DNA of 64,000 nt. Source: Bacteroidota bacterium. GTDB taxonomy: Bacteria; Bacteroidota; Bacteroidia; B-17B0; Aurantibacillaceae. The DNA is taken from the NCBI GenBank assembly GCA_963169295.1, contig CAUJDD010000104.1, positions 1,085 through 65,084 on the forward strand, read 5' to 3'. The notes under the pieces are model-generated. The model was not told the origin of the DNA, made no database searches, and was given only the letters and a program-made list of their open reading frames with translations. Below, in pieces: positions 30,257 through 39,877 of the stretch; the stretch's first letter is position 1; every line of letters begins with the position of its first letter. Made by a program: the position numbers and the translations under genes.

Positions 30257-32439
30257 GTTTTACTCATTATAAACAACCCGATGAAATGGCCTGTGGCGCA
30301 ACTTGTTTGCGCATGATTGCCAAGCACTACGGTAAGTCCATCTCATTGCCTGATATAGTTCAACTAAGCGGAACCACAAGAGAGGGGGTTAACTTACTAG
30401 GTATAAGTGAAGCTTCTGAAAGGCTAGGATTTAGAACACTAGGAGTAAAAGTCCCATTTGATAAATTAATTGAAAATGCCCCCTTGCCATGTATTGCGCA
30501 TTGGAATCAAAACCATTTTGTTGTAATTTATAAAATTAAGGCTGATAAAATTTATATTGCAGACCCTGCACACGGTTTATTAACGTATAACAAAGTAGAT
30601 TTTTTAAAAGCATGGGTGAGCGATGGTAAAGATGAGGGGATTTTATTACTATTTGAAACCACTCCCGAATTTTACACAGAGGATAAAAGTCTTTCAAACG
30701 AGAAGCAAAAAAACAATTTTTCTTTTTTATACACCTATTTAATTAAACATAAAAAAGCCATAATACAACTCTTTATTGGTTTAATGGCAGGTAGCCTGTT
30801 ACAGCTTATCTTCCCATTTTTAACGCAAAGCATTATTGATATTGGTGTTCAAAATAAAGACATAAACTTTATCTACTTAATTCTCTTAGCTCAATTAATG
30901 GTGTTTTTTGGCAGAACTACCATCGATGTCATAAGAAGTTATATACTAATGCACGTTAGCAGCCGAATTAATATCTTGCTGGCAAGTGATTTTTTTGTAA
31001 AACTCATGAAGTTACCTATACGGTACTTTGACACTAAGATGACAGGGGACATCATGCAACGCATAAATGATAATCACAGGATTGAAAATTTTTTAACTGG
31101 CTATTCACTAAATACACTATTTTCATTGTTTAATTTTATCATATTTAGTGGAGTTTTAGCTTGGTATAGCTTAAAAATATTTTTAGTTTTTTTGATTGGC
31201 TCTGTTATCTATTTTATTTGGATAACCTTTTTTTTAAAACGCCGTGCCGATCTAGATTTTAAACGTTTTCAGCAAAGTAGCCAAAACCAAAGTAAGGTAA
31301 TGGAACTCATTAACGGAATGCAGGAAATTAAACTACACAATGCCGAACGGCAAAAGCGTTGGCAATGGGAGAACCTACAAACCAAATTATTTAAGATTAA
31401 CTTAAAGGGACTTTCTTTAACCACCGCCCAAAACTCAGGCTCACAATTAATTAACGAACTTAAAAACATTATTATCACTTTTTTATCAGCCAAATTAGTA
31501 CTTGACGGTCAAGTTACCTTAGGCATGATGCTTTCTATAAGTTATATCATCGGTCAGTTAAATAGTCCTGTAAACGAAATGGTGCATTTTATTCAGCAAT
31601 GGCAAGATGCTAAATTAAGTTTGGAGCGTTTAGGAGAAATTCATAACAAAGAGGATGAAGAACCTAATGGTAAAGAAAAAATTTCAGAAATTGAACAAAA
31701 CAGTTCATTTCACCTAAATAACCTTACGTTTAAATATGAGGGCGTAGGAAATGATGCTGTTCTATACGATTTAAGCGTTTCCATTCCGTCCAATAAAATT
31801 ACAGCCATAGTTGGAAGTAGTGGTAGTGGTAAAACAACCTTATTAAAACTCTTACTAAAATTCTATGAACCTACGCATGGAGAAATAAAATTAAACGAAA
31901 TAAATCTTAATCATTTATCAGCACAAACATGGCGAAATAAATGCGGTGTTGTAATGCAAGAGGGGTATATTTTTAATGATACCATCGCCAACAATATAGC
32001 TGTTGGAGTAGATGTTGTAGATAGAGATAAATTAAAACATGCTGTTAATGTAGCTAATATTAAAGAGTTTATAGAAAGCCTACCTTTAGGATATAATACT
32101 AAAATAGGCATGGAAGGTATTGGTATTAGTACAGGGCAAAAGCAAAGAATTTTAATTGCTAGAGCCGTTTACAAAAACCCTGATTATTTATTTTTTGATG
32201 AAGCTACAAGTGCTTTAGATGCTAATAATGAAAAAATAATAATGGAAAATTTAAACGAATTCTTTAAAGGTAAAACGGTTGTGATTATTGCCCATCGTTT
32301 AAGTACAGTTAAAAATGCTGACCAAATTATTGTTTTGGATAGAGGTAAGATTATTGAAAAAGGTAATCATATCGAATTGACACTAATTAAGGGGGCATAT
32401 TACGAACTTGTGAAAAATCAATTAGAATTAGGAAACTGA
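30244..32439 (+). CDS. Peptide cleavage/export ABC transporter with an N-terminal C39 (double-glycine) peptidase domain
   Basis: The C39 catalytic context is QPDEMACGATCLRMIAKHYG, with HWNQNHFVVIY (His) and ADPA. A 6-TM domain follows. Walker A is GSSGSGKTT, the signature motif is STGQKQR and Walker B is LFFDEATSALD. The start codon is GTG. Confidence 0.92.
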   Translation: MGRLSFTHYKQPDEMACGATCLRMIAKHYGKSISLPDIVQLSGTTREGVNLLGISEASERLGFRTLGVKVPFDKLIENAPLPCIAHWNQNHFVVIYKIKADKIYIADPAHGLLTYNKVDFLKAWVSDGKDEGILLLFETTPEFYTEDKSLSNEKQKNNFSFLYTYLIKHKKAIIQLFIGLMAGSLLQLIFPFLTQSIIDIGVQNKDINFIYLILLAQLMVFFGRTTIDVIRSYILMHVSSRINILLASDFFVKLMKLPIRYFDTKMTGDIMQRINDNHRIENFLTGYSLNTLFSLFNFIIFSGVLAWYSLKIFLVFLIGSVIYFIWITFFLKRRADLDFKRFQQSSQNQSKVMELINGMQEIKLHNAERQKRWQWENLQTKLFKINLKGLSLTTAQNSGSQLINELKNIIITFLSAKLVLDGQVTLGMMLSISYIIGQLNSPVNEMVHFIQQWQDAKLSLERLGEIHNKEDEEPNGKEKISEIEQNSSFHLNNLTFKYEGVGNDAVLYDLSVSIPSNKITAIVGSSGSGKTTLLKLLLKFYEPTHGEIKLNEINLNHLSAQTWRNKCGVVMQEGYIFNDTIANNIAVGVDVVDRDKLKHAVNVANIKEFIESLPLGYNTKIGMEGIGISTGQKQRILIARAVYKNPDYLFFDEATSALDANNEKIIMENLNEFFKGKTVVIIAHRLSTVKNADQIIVLDRGKIIEKGNHIELTLIKGAYYELVKNQLELGN

Positions 32440-33740
32440 TGCCATCTATAGAAGAAAAGGAAATAATTTTGCGTTCAGAAGAAGTAAATGAGATATTGAC
32501 TTCAACACCGAAATGGATTTTACGCTGGGGTATTTTAGTTGTTTTTATATTGATTATTATAACTATTGGACTTTCATATTTTATTAAATACCCAGATGTA
32601 TTGACTGCTGATGTTACTTTGACTACATTAAATCCACCAATAACATTAGTTTCAAAAAATAATGGAAAACTTACCCATCTTTTAGTGAAAGATAAACAAT
32701 TGGTAAGCCAAAATGAACCGATTGGTATTATAGAGAACACAGCCGATTACAAAGCTGTACTTTCTTTATTGGCAAACTGCAATCAATTAAACGAACAATT
32801 AAAATTAAACGACACACTTAATAATGTTTTAATTAAAGATAGTTTAAGAACTGGAGAAATTACACCTTACTACTTACAATTTTTAAAATCAGTCAAAGAC
32901 CTTAATCTTTATGAAAGCATTAATCCTTACACTAAACAAATTGCATTATTGAAAAAAGATTTAGGACATTACAATTCTTTGCTTGATAATTATAAGCATC
33001 AACAAAAAATTAACGATGAACAATTAAAGTTAGCTGAAAATGACTTTAATCGGGATAAAAAATTATTTGAAGAAAGGGCAATATCAGCAAGGGAATTTGA
33101 AATACAAAAGAAAAATTATTTAGGTGCTCAAAACAGTAATGAACAAACTAAGATTACAATTTCAAATGCACTAATTCAAATTAATGGAATTGAAAAGAAC
33201 ATCTTACAGTTACAAATACAAGATTATCAAGAAAAGGCGAAACTTAAAAATGAATTATCACAGTATTTAAAAACGCTCATTAATGAAATTAATAAATGGA
33301 AGCAGTTATATGTAATTGAAAGCCCTGTGAGTGGGAAAGTATCGTTTTTTAATGTATGGGCAATCAATCAAAACATCAAACAAGGTGATGAGCTTTTTGC
33401 TATCATTCCTAATAAGAAACAGCAATTTATAGGAAAATGTGTTTTGCCAATAACCAATAGTGGGAAATTAACCATTGGACAAGTTGTAAACATAAAACTT
33501 GACAATTATCCTTATAATGAAAATGGGATGTTAACAGGGGTTGTAAAAAACATTTCCGAAGTGCCTAATAAAGATAGTTATGCAGTTGATATTGTTTTAG
33601 CGAATGGCTTAACAACTTCGTACAATAAAACTCTAGTATATAAAGAACAAATGAAGGGCAAAGCAGATATTATAACGAAAAATATATCCGTTTTAGATAG
33701 AGTATTTTTTAATTTTCGTAAACTAACAGAAATAAAGTAA
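32439..33740 (+). CDS. HlyD-family membrane-fusion/secretion adaptor protein
   Basis: An N-terminal TM helix (WGILVVFILIIITIGLSYFI) is followed by a long coiled-coil middle region and a C-terminal beta-barrel-like region. The start overlaps the ABC gene stop. Confidence 0.85.
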   Translation: MPSIEEKEIILRSEEVNEILTSTPKWILRWGILVVFILIIITIGLSYFIKYPDVLTADVTLTTLNPPITLVSKNNGKLTHLLVKDKQLVSQNEPIGIIENTADYKAVLSLLANCNQLNEQLKLNDTLNNVLIKDSLRTGEITPYYLQFLKSVKDLNLYESINPYTKQIALLKKDLGHYNSLLDNYKHQQKINDEQLKLAENDFNRDKKLFEERAISAREFEIQKKNYLGAQNSNEQTKITISNALIQINGIEKNILQLQIQDYQEKAKLKNELSQYLKTLINEINKWKQLYVIESPVSGKVSFFNVWAINQNIKQGDELFAIIPNKKQQFIGKCVLPITNSGKLTIGQVVNIKLDNYPYNENGMLTGVVKNISEVPNKDSYAVDIVLANGLTTSYNKTLVYKEQMKGKADIITKNISVLDRVFFNFRKLTEIK

Positions 33741-33765
33741 TTGACCTTTAGTAAAAAACAAATCT

Positions 33766-35802
33766 CTACTTTGTGTTATTAAACAAAATAAATTCTACAC
33801 GACGGTTTTCTTCGTGTTCTGCATCTTCGCAAGTTACACCCTCGGTACATTTGTTTAAAATAAAGGCTTCGCCTTTTCCTATAATAGCATCAATTTGTTT
33901 TTTGTTGAGTTTAGCTGAAACTAAAAAATCACTAACGCTTTGAGCACGTTTTTTCGAAAGTTTTAAGTTATAATTCTCTTTACCTCTACAATCGGCAAAA
34001 CCATATATCATGACTGAAATTTCAGGGTGTTGGGCTAGAATAGCTAAATTCTTTTTTAAAATTTCTTTGGCGTCATCTCTAATGTTTGATTTGTTTAAGT
34101 TAAAATGTACGGGTGTAATATCAAACCCTAAAGCAGCAATTTGCTTTGGATTTAGATATGGATGTTGAATGGTATCGTAAGGATTCTTCCCTTTTTCTTC
34201 TTCTTTGTGTTTCGCTAGTATATCATCTGGTATATGATAAATCATATTATTACACAATACAATAGGCTCCATACAAGTATCGCAGCCTGCAATGAGTTTT
34301 ACATATACCGAATCACCTTGTGAAGTAAGTGCAATAGTTTGAGTGATAGAAGAAGCATCTATCGGTAATTTAGCTCCATTAAATGTCCATTGATAAGCAA
34401 TGGGCTTAATGTTATCTGGGATAGTGCTCTCAAATTTTACATTAATGGTTTCTGTTTCGGTAAGTTTAGTGTTAATGGTAATTAAGCTACTATTTTCGGT
34501 GGCGCATTCTTTTTTAAATTTGTCTAAGTAAGTTATTTTATAAATATCCATATCGCCATAACCGCCCATTCTTGATGAAGAAAAGAAAGTGTTAGTAGCT
34601 TGAGCATCTTGAGTCATAAAAATATCATCGCCTGGTGAATTAGCTGGTTGTAATAAATTTACTGGAGTAGTCCACACACCATTTACTAGGGTACTTTTGT
34701 AAATATCGTAACCACCAAAGCTTGGATGTCCTTTTGATGAAAAATATAAGGTTTGCCCATCGTCCGATAAATAGGGCGAATCTTCGTCGTACACGGTGTT
34801 AATTACATCGCCCAAGTTTTGTGGTGTTCCCCATTCGCCATCGCTTCCTAACTCAGCTTTGTAAATATCCAATCCACCTTTTCCTAATTGTTTGTCTTCG
34901 CTGGTAAATAATAATGTTTTACCATCTTTACTAATGCATGCATGATTTTGATAAAAATCAAAATTTATTTTTTTAGACAATGTTTTAGCTTTTTTTGCGG
35001 TTCCATCTAATTGTAATTGATGAATACTGTTTTTTTGAAATACAAATAAATTTTTGCCATCACTAGATGTGGAGATGACAGCTAGGTGAGATTTATTTGG
35101 ATTAGTTTTAAAAATATCTTTTGATATAGTATATACAGTTGGTGATTGGGGTCTTCCTTCTAAAAGTTTACTAGTATAAATATTTTCATAGGGTTTATCA
35201 TCTATCTTACTTACTTTTTCTTTTTCATTATCTTTTCTACGAGAGGTAAATAGTAGTTCATTGCTTGATAACAAAGCGGGGGCATATTCACCAACTCCCG
35301 TATTTATCTTTGAACCAACATTTCCAACATAAATATTTTTATCAGAAACCGCTTCTTTATTTCTATCGCCATACAGGCAATCTTCTTTTTGCTTATTCAA
35401 ATCATTAATATAATATTTATCCATTTCTTTATCACGAGTAGCAATTACCAATAAATTGTCAAATAAAGAATAAGCTTTTTTATACTCGCCTTTGTACTGA
35501 TAGCATTTCGCTAAATAATAAATAATATCAGGAAATGTATCTTTAGGAGATTTATTATAAGCTGTTTCTAGATACTGAAATGCCTCTGCATAATTATTTA
35601 TATAACGTGCTAAAACCATACCTAAGCCAGCATTAGCTTTATAGTTTGTTTTGTCTAAATTATACGCTTTTGTAAAATAGTCTTTGGCTTTGTAAATCTT
35701 ATTATTATCCAAGGCTTTGTCGCCTTTATTTAAATACTTATCTATTTGTGCAATGGTAATTGAAGCATACAACAAACAAAATAGTAAGATGATTTTTCTC
35801 AT
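33766..35802 (-). CDS. OmpA-family protein with N-terminal TPR repeats, TolB-like PD40 beta-propeller repeats and a C-terminal OmpA peptidoglycan-binding domain
   Basis: Has a signal peptide. TPR-like AYNLDKTNYKANAGLG and PD40-like motifs (SPYLSDDGQTLYFSS, ISKDGKTLLFTS) are present. The OmpA C-terminal block is VHFNLNKSNI...GFADCRGKENYNLKLSKKRAQSV...NRRVEF. Confidence 0.85.
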   Translation of the reverse strand: MRKIILLFCLLYASITIAQIDKYLNKGDKALDNNKIYKAKDYFTKAYNLDKTNYKANAGLGMVLARYINNYAEAFQYLETAYNKSPKDTFPDIIYYLAKCYQYKGEYKKAYSLFDNLLVIATRDKEMDKYYINDLNKQKEDCLYGDRNKEAVSDKNIYVGNVGSKINTGVGEYAPALLSSNELLFTSRRKDNEKEKVSKIDDKPYENIYTSKLLEGRPQSPTVYTISKDIFKTNPNKSHLAVISTSSDGKNLFVFQKNSIHQLQLDGTAKKAKTLSKKINFDFYQNHACISKDGKTLLFTSEDKQLGKGGLDIYKAELGSDGEWGTPQNLGDVINTVYDEDSPYLSDDGQTLYFSSKGHPSFGGYDIYKSTLVNGVWTTPVNLLQPANSPGDDIFMTQDAQATNTFFSSSRMGGYGDMDIYKITYLDKFKKECATENSSLITINTKLTETETINVKFESTIPDNIKPIAYQWTFNGAKLPIDASSITQTIALTSQGDSVYVKLIAGCDTCMEPIVLCNNMIYHIPDDILAKHKEEEKGKNPYDTIQHPYLNPKQIAALGFDITPVHFNLNKSNIRDDAKEILKKNLAILAQHPEISVMIYGFADCRGKENYNLKLSKKRAQSVSDFLVSAKLNKKQIDAIIGKGEAFILNKCTEGVTCEDAEHEENRRVEFILFNNTK

Positions 35803-35885
35803 AATTTAATTAAATAAGGGCTAAAAGTAAAAAAAATTATATGGATTTAGTCCACGAATTGGCGTTTTTAACAGACAAGACCTTG

Positions 35886-37145
35886 TTAATTACCTACAAT
35901 TGGTTTAGAATCGAGAGTTTTAGAATCAAGTGCATCACGCAATCCGTTTCCTACTAACATAAAAGCTAACACTAAAATCATAATGGCAACACCAGGAACA
36001 AACGCTAAATAAGCAGAATCAATTAATACATAACCTCTGTGTGAATTAATCATCTCGCCCCAAGAAGGCGTAGGGGGTTGAGCGCCTATGCCTAAAAAAC
36101 TTAAGCCAGCCTCTGTTAAAATTGCAGAAGCAAAGTTAGAAGTAGCAATTACAATAACAGGCCCCATAACATTAGGTAAAATGTGTCGAATAATAATACG
36201 CATATTCTTATAACCTAAGGCTCTACCCGCTTCTACAAATTCTTTTTCTCTTATACTTAATATTTGTCCTCGAATTAACCGAGCCACATCTACCCACATC
36301 GTTAATCCCACCGCAATAAATACTTGCATAATACCTTTACCTAATACCAGAGTAATAGCAATAACCAATAATAAAGTAGGAATTGACCATACCACATTAA
36401 TTAACCACATAATGGAATCGTCTAGTCGCCCTCTATAATAGCCTGCAATAGCGCCCAACAACACTCCAATAAAAATAGAAATAATTACCGAAATAAATCC
36501 AACAGATAAAGAAATACGAGTGCCAATCATTAAACGACTTAATAAATCCCTTCCTGCTAAATCTGTTCCTAACCAATATTTTTTAGTAATTAATAAATTT
36601 TTTTCAATCTCATCTTGTAATTGTTTAACATCTAATTTTAATTTCTCGCCTGTGCTTAATTGATAGAACTCTATCTTGTTTTGAATACTATCGTTTTTTA
36701 TAGGAGAATTTAAATTAACATCATACACCACATCTGCCAGATTAAATGCAATCTTTGTCCCATTATTGGGTGTATTTCCGGTATATTCTTCTACTATTAT
36801 ATCAAATCCTGAAAAACTATAGGAATGATATGGAATATTGGTGTATTCATTAACCTTACCAAACAACATTTTCTGAAACCAATTAACGTGTTGAAAACGA
36901 TCGTTCTTTTTTACCTGTAAGATTTTTGTTTCAAACCCTGGCTTTTTAATTAAAAGCTCTGGCTTTTGGTCGTTAGCATAGGGGGTTGAATCGGGGGTAA
37001 TTAAATATCCAAGTATTGAAATAAAAGTTGCTAGCCCCACCAATATTAAACCAAACATAGCCAATTTATCATTCTTAAACTTTCGCCAAGTTTGAATAGA
37101 TAATGACTCTGACTTAAAATCGCTATATTTCTTTTTAAATAACAA
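35886..37145 (-). CDS. ABC transporter permease, OppC/DppC-like, with a long periplasmic loop
   Basis: The N-terminal OppC_N-like TM segment is followed by a BPD_transp_1 core including the EAA-like loop FVEAGRALGYKNMRIIIRHILPN. Confidence 0.8.
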   Translation of the reverse strand: MLFKKKYSDFKSESLSIQTWRKFKNDKLAMFGLILVGLATFISILGYLITPDSTPYANDQKPELLIKKPGFETKILQVKKNDRFQHVNWFQKMLFGKVNEYTNIPYHSYSFSGFDIIVEEYTGNTPNNGTKIAFNLADVVYDVNLNSPIKNDSIQNKIEFYQLSTGEKLKLDVKQLQDEIEKNLLITKKYWLGTDLAGRDLLSRLMIGTRISLSVGFISVIISIFIGVLLGAIAGYYRGRLDDSIMWLINVVWSIPTLLLVIAITLVLGKGIMQVFIAVGLTMWVDVARLIRGQILSIREKEFVEAGRALGYKNMRIIIRHILPNVMGPVIVIATSNFASAILTEAGLSFLGIGAQPPTPSWGEMINSHRGYVLIDSAYLAFVPGVAIMILVLAFMLVGNGLRDALDSKTLDSKPIVGN

Positions 37146-38276
37146 TTATCTCGTTTTTATACCTTTCCAGTAAGGCTTGTAAACCAATGAAGCAACTCCA
37201 ATTACAAGTGCATATATCCAATACACACATTCAAAAGGTATGAGCCACACTAAATACTTTACCTTATTTAAAAAATTAGAAGCTAAAAATAGTAACAAAA
37301 AATCAAAAACAAGCTTTGTTGCTACAAAAATCGATAAATAAGGTATTATGGCTGATTGTTTTATAATTGCAACGATTAAAGCTAATACTAATAAATTAGC
37401 AGTTATGATTATAAAGCCTCCAAAAAGATTTAATTGATTTTTATTATACTTTGCTTTATATGCCCAACGAATTCGCTGCTCAAGAAAATTTCGAAAATTT
37501 ATTTCGGGTAAAGTCTTTACAATTAAATGACGGTCGAACCCATACATAATATTGATACTTTTCTTATTCTTAAAGTCTTCCAATAAAAAAACATCTTCTC
37601 CCGAACTAATATTTAAATGCGACTGATATCCATTTGCATTTATAAAAGCTTGTTTTTTAAACGCTAAATTTGCTCCATTACACATAAAAGCCATATTAAT
37701 CCCAGTATATCCAGCTGTAATTCCTGAAATAGCTAAATTCTCTACTATTTGAAATGTACTTAATACATGATGATGTGTAATATAATCAACAGGCATGATT
37801 AACATAGTTGATTGATACTTGGCAAAATATAAGTGAATTGATTTTAACCAATAAACACTTCTATAAATCACATCAGCATCTGTTGTTACAATAATGTCTC
37901 CTGTGGCTAATTGAATAGCCTTAGTTAGATTAAGTTTCTTTCCTGTATGTTCGTTTTGTCTAATAATTTGATGTTTTATATTACTTTGCGAAAGGATGTT
38001 AGAAGCCAATTTATATGTTTCATCCTCTGAAGCATCATCTATTAAAATTATTTCGAAAGAAGTTTTAGGATATTCTTGCGCCATGAGCTGTTTTATACAA
38101 GCACCTATGTTTTTCTCCTCATTTCTTGCAGATAACACAATACTTATAGATAGATAAGTGTCAAGAGTTGATTTTACATCAATGTGTTGATGTTTGTTGA
38201 AACCATAAATTGCAAGTGTTATAAATAACCCATATAAAATAATAATTACAGCAAATATGTATAACTCAAAAATCAT
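37146..38276 (-). CDS. Family 2 glycosyltransferase, membrane-bound
   Basis: SIVLSARNEEKNI, LIDDASED (DxD region), TTDAD and QRIRWA (QxxRW-like) motifs are present, with flanking TM helices. Confidence 0.8.
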   Translation of the reverse strand: MIFELYIFAVIIILYGLFITLAIYGFNKHQHIDVKSTLDTYLSISIVLSARNEEKNIGACIKQLMAQEYPKTSFEIILIDDASEDETYKLASNILSQSNIKHQIIRQNEHTGKKLNLTKAIQLATGDIIVTTDADVIYRSVYWLKSIHLYFAKYQSTMLIMPVDYITHHHVLSTFQIVENLAISGITAGYTGINMAFMCNGANLAFKKQAFINANGYQSHLNISSGEDVFLLEDFKNKKSINIMYGFDRHLIVKTLPEINFRNFLEQRIRWAYKAKYNKNQLNLFGGFIIITANLLVLALIVAIIKQSAIIPYLSIFVATKLVFDFLLLFLASNFLNKVKYLVWLIPFECVYWIYALVIGVASLVYKPYWKGIKTR

Positions 38277-39225
38277 GAATTGATTTTATATCCATTTTCT
38301 TTCGCAAGATAACTATATAACCAATTATACTTGGAATAACTACATTAATTATCCATAAAAAAGTAGAAGCCAAAATTACAACCAATGTGCTGTCGGGTGA
38401 TGTATTAAAAACAAAAAGCGCAATAGCTGCTCTAATGGCGGGTTCAATTATACTTATCATAGGAATTAAACTAGTTAGCACAAAATAAGCAGCAATACTC
38501 AAAAACAAAGAAATAAAATCGGAATCAGAAGAAAAAGCTTGATAAATAAGATAAAATTGAAAAGTAAATACCATATATCGAGCCATAGACAATAGAATTA
38601 ATTTTACAATTAATATTTCTGGTAATTTCACAAAATCCTTGGCTTCCATTTTTTTAAACCACCTTAAAAAACTTAATTTACTTTGAATAAAAGATACATG
38701 GGTAATGGCCCAACAAAATCCTAAAATTAATAAGCTCCCTACAACTATTGTCCCATAAACAATAATATTTGAGCCTTGTTGGTTAATTAATTTTGCCGCC
38801 ACGCATATCATTCCTACACTCACTGTTATAAGCATTTGAAACATACCATTAATGAAATGAAGAATTGTTATACTTGGACGGTTTTGGGATTTAAAAAAGA
38901 AAACCTTTGCTAAAAACTCCATGGCTCTACCAGGAGCAATGTTTCCAACACAAATACCCGAAAACACCGATTGAAGAGCGGTTGAATAACTCACAGGTTC
39001 CACCAAGCTGGTAATAGATTTCCATTTATAACTCTCAATACCCCAATTAATTGGCATTAAAACCAAACTAAAAATTAATAAAACAACCGTAGCTGAATGA
39101 CTTAAATTGGTAATACTCTGTTCTTTTAACTCAGGTATGGAAGAAAATTTAGAATAAATAACCCAGAAACTTATTACTCCAATAATAATTTTAATGAATA
39201 TGGAGAAACTATTTTTTAGGTTCAT
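38266..39225 (-). CDS. Polytopic membrane protein, flippase-like / lysylphosphatidylglycerol-synthase-TM-region (UPF0104) type
   Basis: About 8 TM helices in 319 aa. It overlaps the downstream GT2 gene by 11 nt. The family assignment is by general resemblance only. Confidence 0.5.
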   Translation of the reverse strand: MNLKNSFSIFIKIIIGVISFWVIYSKFSSIPELKEQSITNLSHSATVVLLIFSLVLMPINWGIESYKWKSITSLVEPVSYSTALQSVFSGICVGNIAPGRAMEFLAKVFFFKSQNRPSITILHFINGMFQMLITVSVGMICVAAKLINQQGSNIIVYGTIVVGSLLILGFCWAITHVSFIQSKLSFLRWFKKMEAKDFVKLPEILIVKLILLSMARYMVFTFQFYLIYQAFSSDSDFISLFLSIAAYFVLTSLIPMISIIEPAIRAAIALFVFNTSPDSTLVVILASTFLWIINVVIPSIIGYIVILRKKMDIKSIHDF

Positions 39226-39433
39226 GAGGAAGTTTAAAACTACAAATTTAAGCCTAATTAAGAATAGTTCTTTTAATAATTTAATTCTATGTTTTACTCA
39301 TTACTTAGCATTTTCTACCTAATAAAAATAGGATTTCATTCGTTTTTAGTACATATATCTCATTTGAGTGGAATTTGGAAGAATTTTTGTAGTATTTTTA
39401 ATATAAATTTTACAAAATCAAATCCTTACTGTT

Positions 39434-39853
39434 ATGAAAAGATTTTCCCTACTACTTATTGCACTTTTAGCCTGTTTTTATATAAAAGCGCAAAGCGAAC
39501 AATTTGTTGTTCCTGTATCGAATTTAACTAAGAAAATGATTGCAAAGAATTACTCTTTGGAAGATCAAAAAGAATTAAATCAACATCCACAAAAGTTGAA
39601 ATCTCTTGATTATATCTATTCAAAATCATTTCAAGTTCAGGCCTTAAACTATTCAGAAGAGCAATTCCAAAAAATTGATATCACTAAATATGATTTAAGC
39701 AGAAAAGTGAGTGAAAATGTTTTGGTATATGATGAGGCCTCTGGATTACAATTAATCCTCGATCCACTAAATAAAATGGAAGAAGAAAAAAATGCTTTAT
39801 TGTATCCAAACACCAAGATAAATAATCCATCAAATAAAATTGCTAATCCATAA
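39434..39853 (+). CDS. Small secreted hypothetical protein
   Basis: Has the signal peptide MKRFSLLLIALLACFYIKAQS. I recognised no other motif. Confidence 0.5.
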   Translation: MKRFSLLLIALLACFYIKAQSEQFVVPVSNLTKKMIAKNYSLEDQKELNQHPQKLKSLDYIYSKSFQVQALNYSEEQFQKIDITKYDLSRKVSENVLVYDEASGLQLILDPLNKMEEEKNALLYPNTKINNPSNKIANP

Positions 39854-39877
39854 CTCAACCTTTTAATTCAATTTGCT

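Larger units (their letters stand above)
26685..33740 (+). other. RiPP biosynthetic operon (grasp-with-SPASM type), comprising precursor, DUF6624-like protein, ATP-grasp, 68-aa ORF, SPASM protein, C39-ABC exporter and HlyD adaptor
   Basis: Seven co-directional ORFs have overlapping or 1-nt-spaced junctions: a GTGA overlap at 27963, 1-nt gaps at 28926 and 29134, a 13-nt overlap at 30244-30256, and a TGATG overlap at 32439. Confidence 0.8.

Noticed and set aside
39289-39531. An 80-aa plus-strand ORF upstream of and overlapping the 39434 gene
   Set aside because: It is out of frame with the signal-peptide-bearing ORF at 39434 that it overlaps. It is Phe/Ile/Cys-rich and low-complexity, and lies in what is more likely the promoter region between divergent genes.
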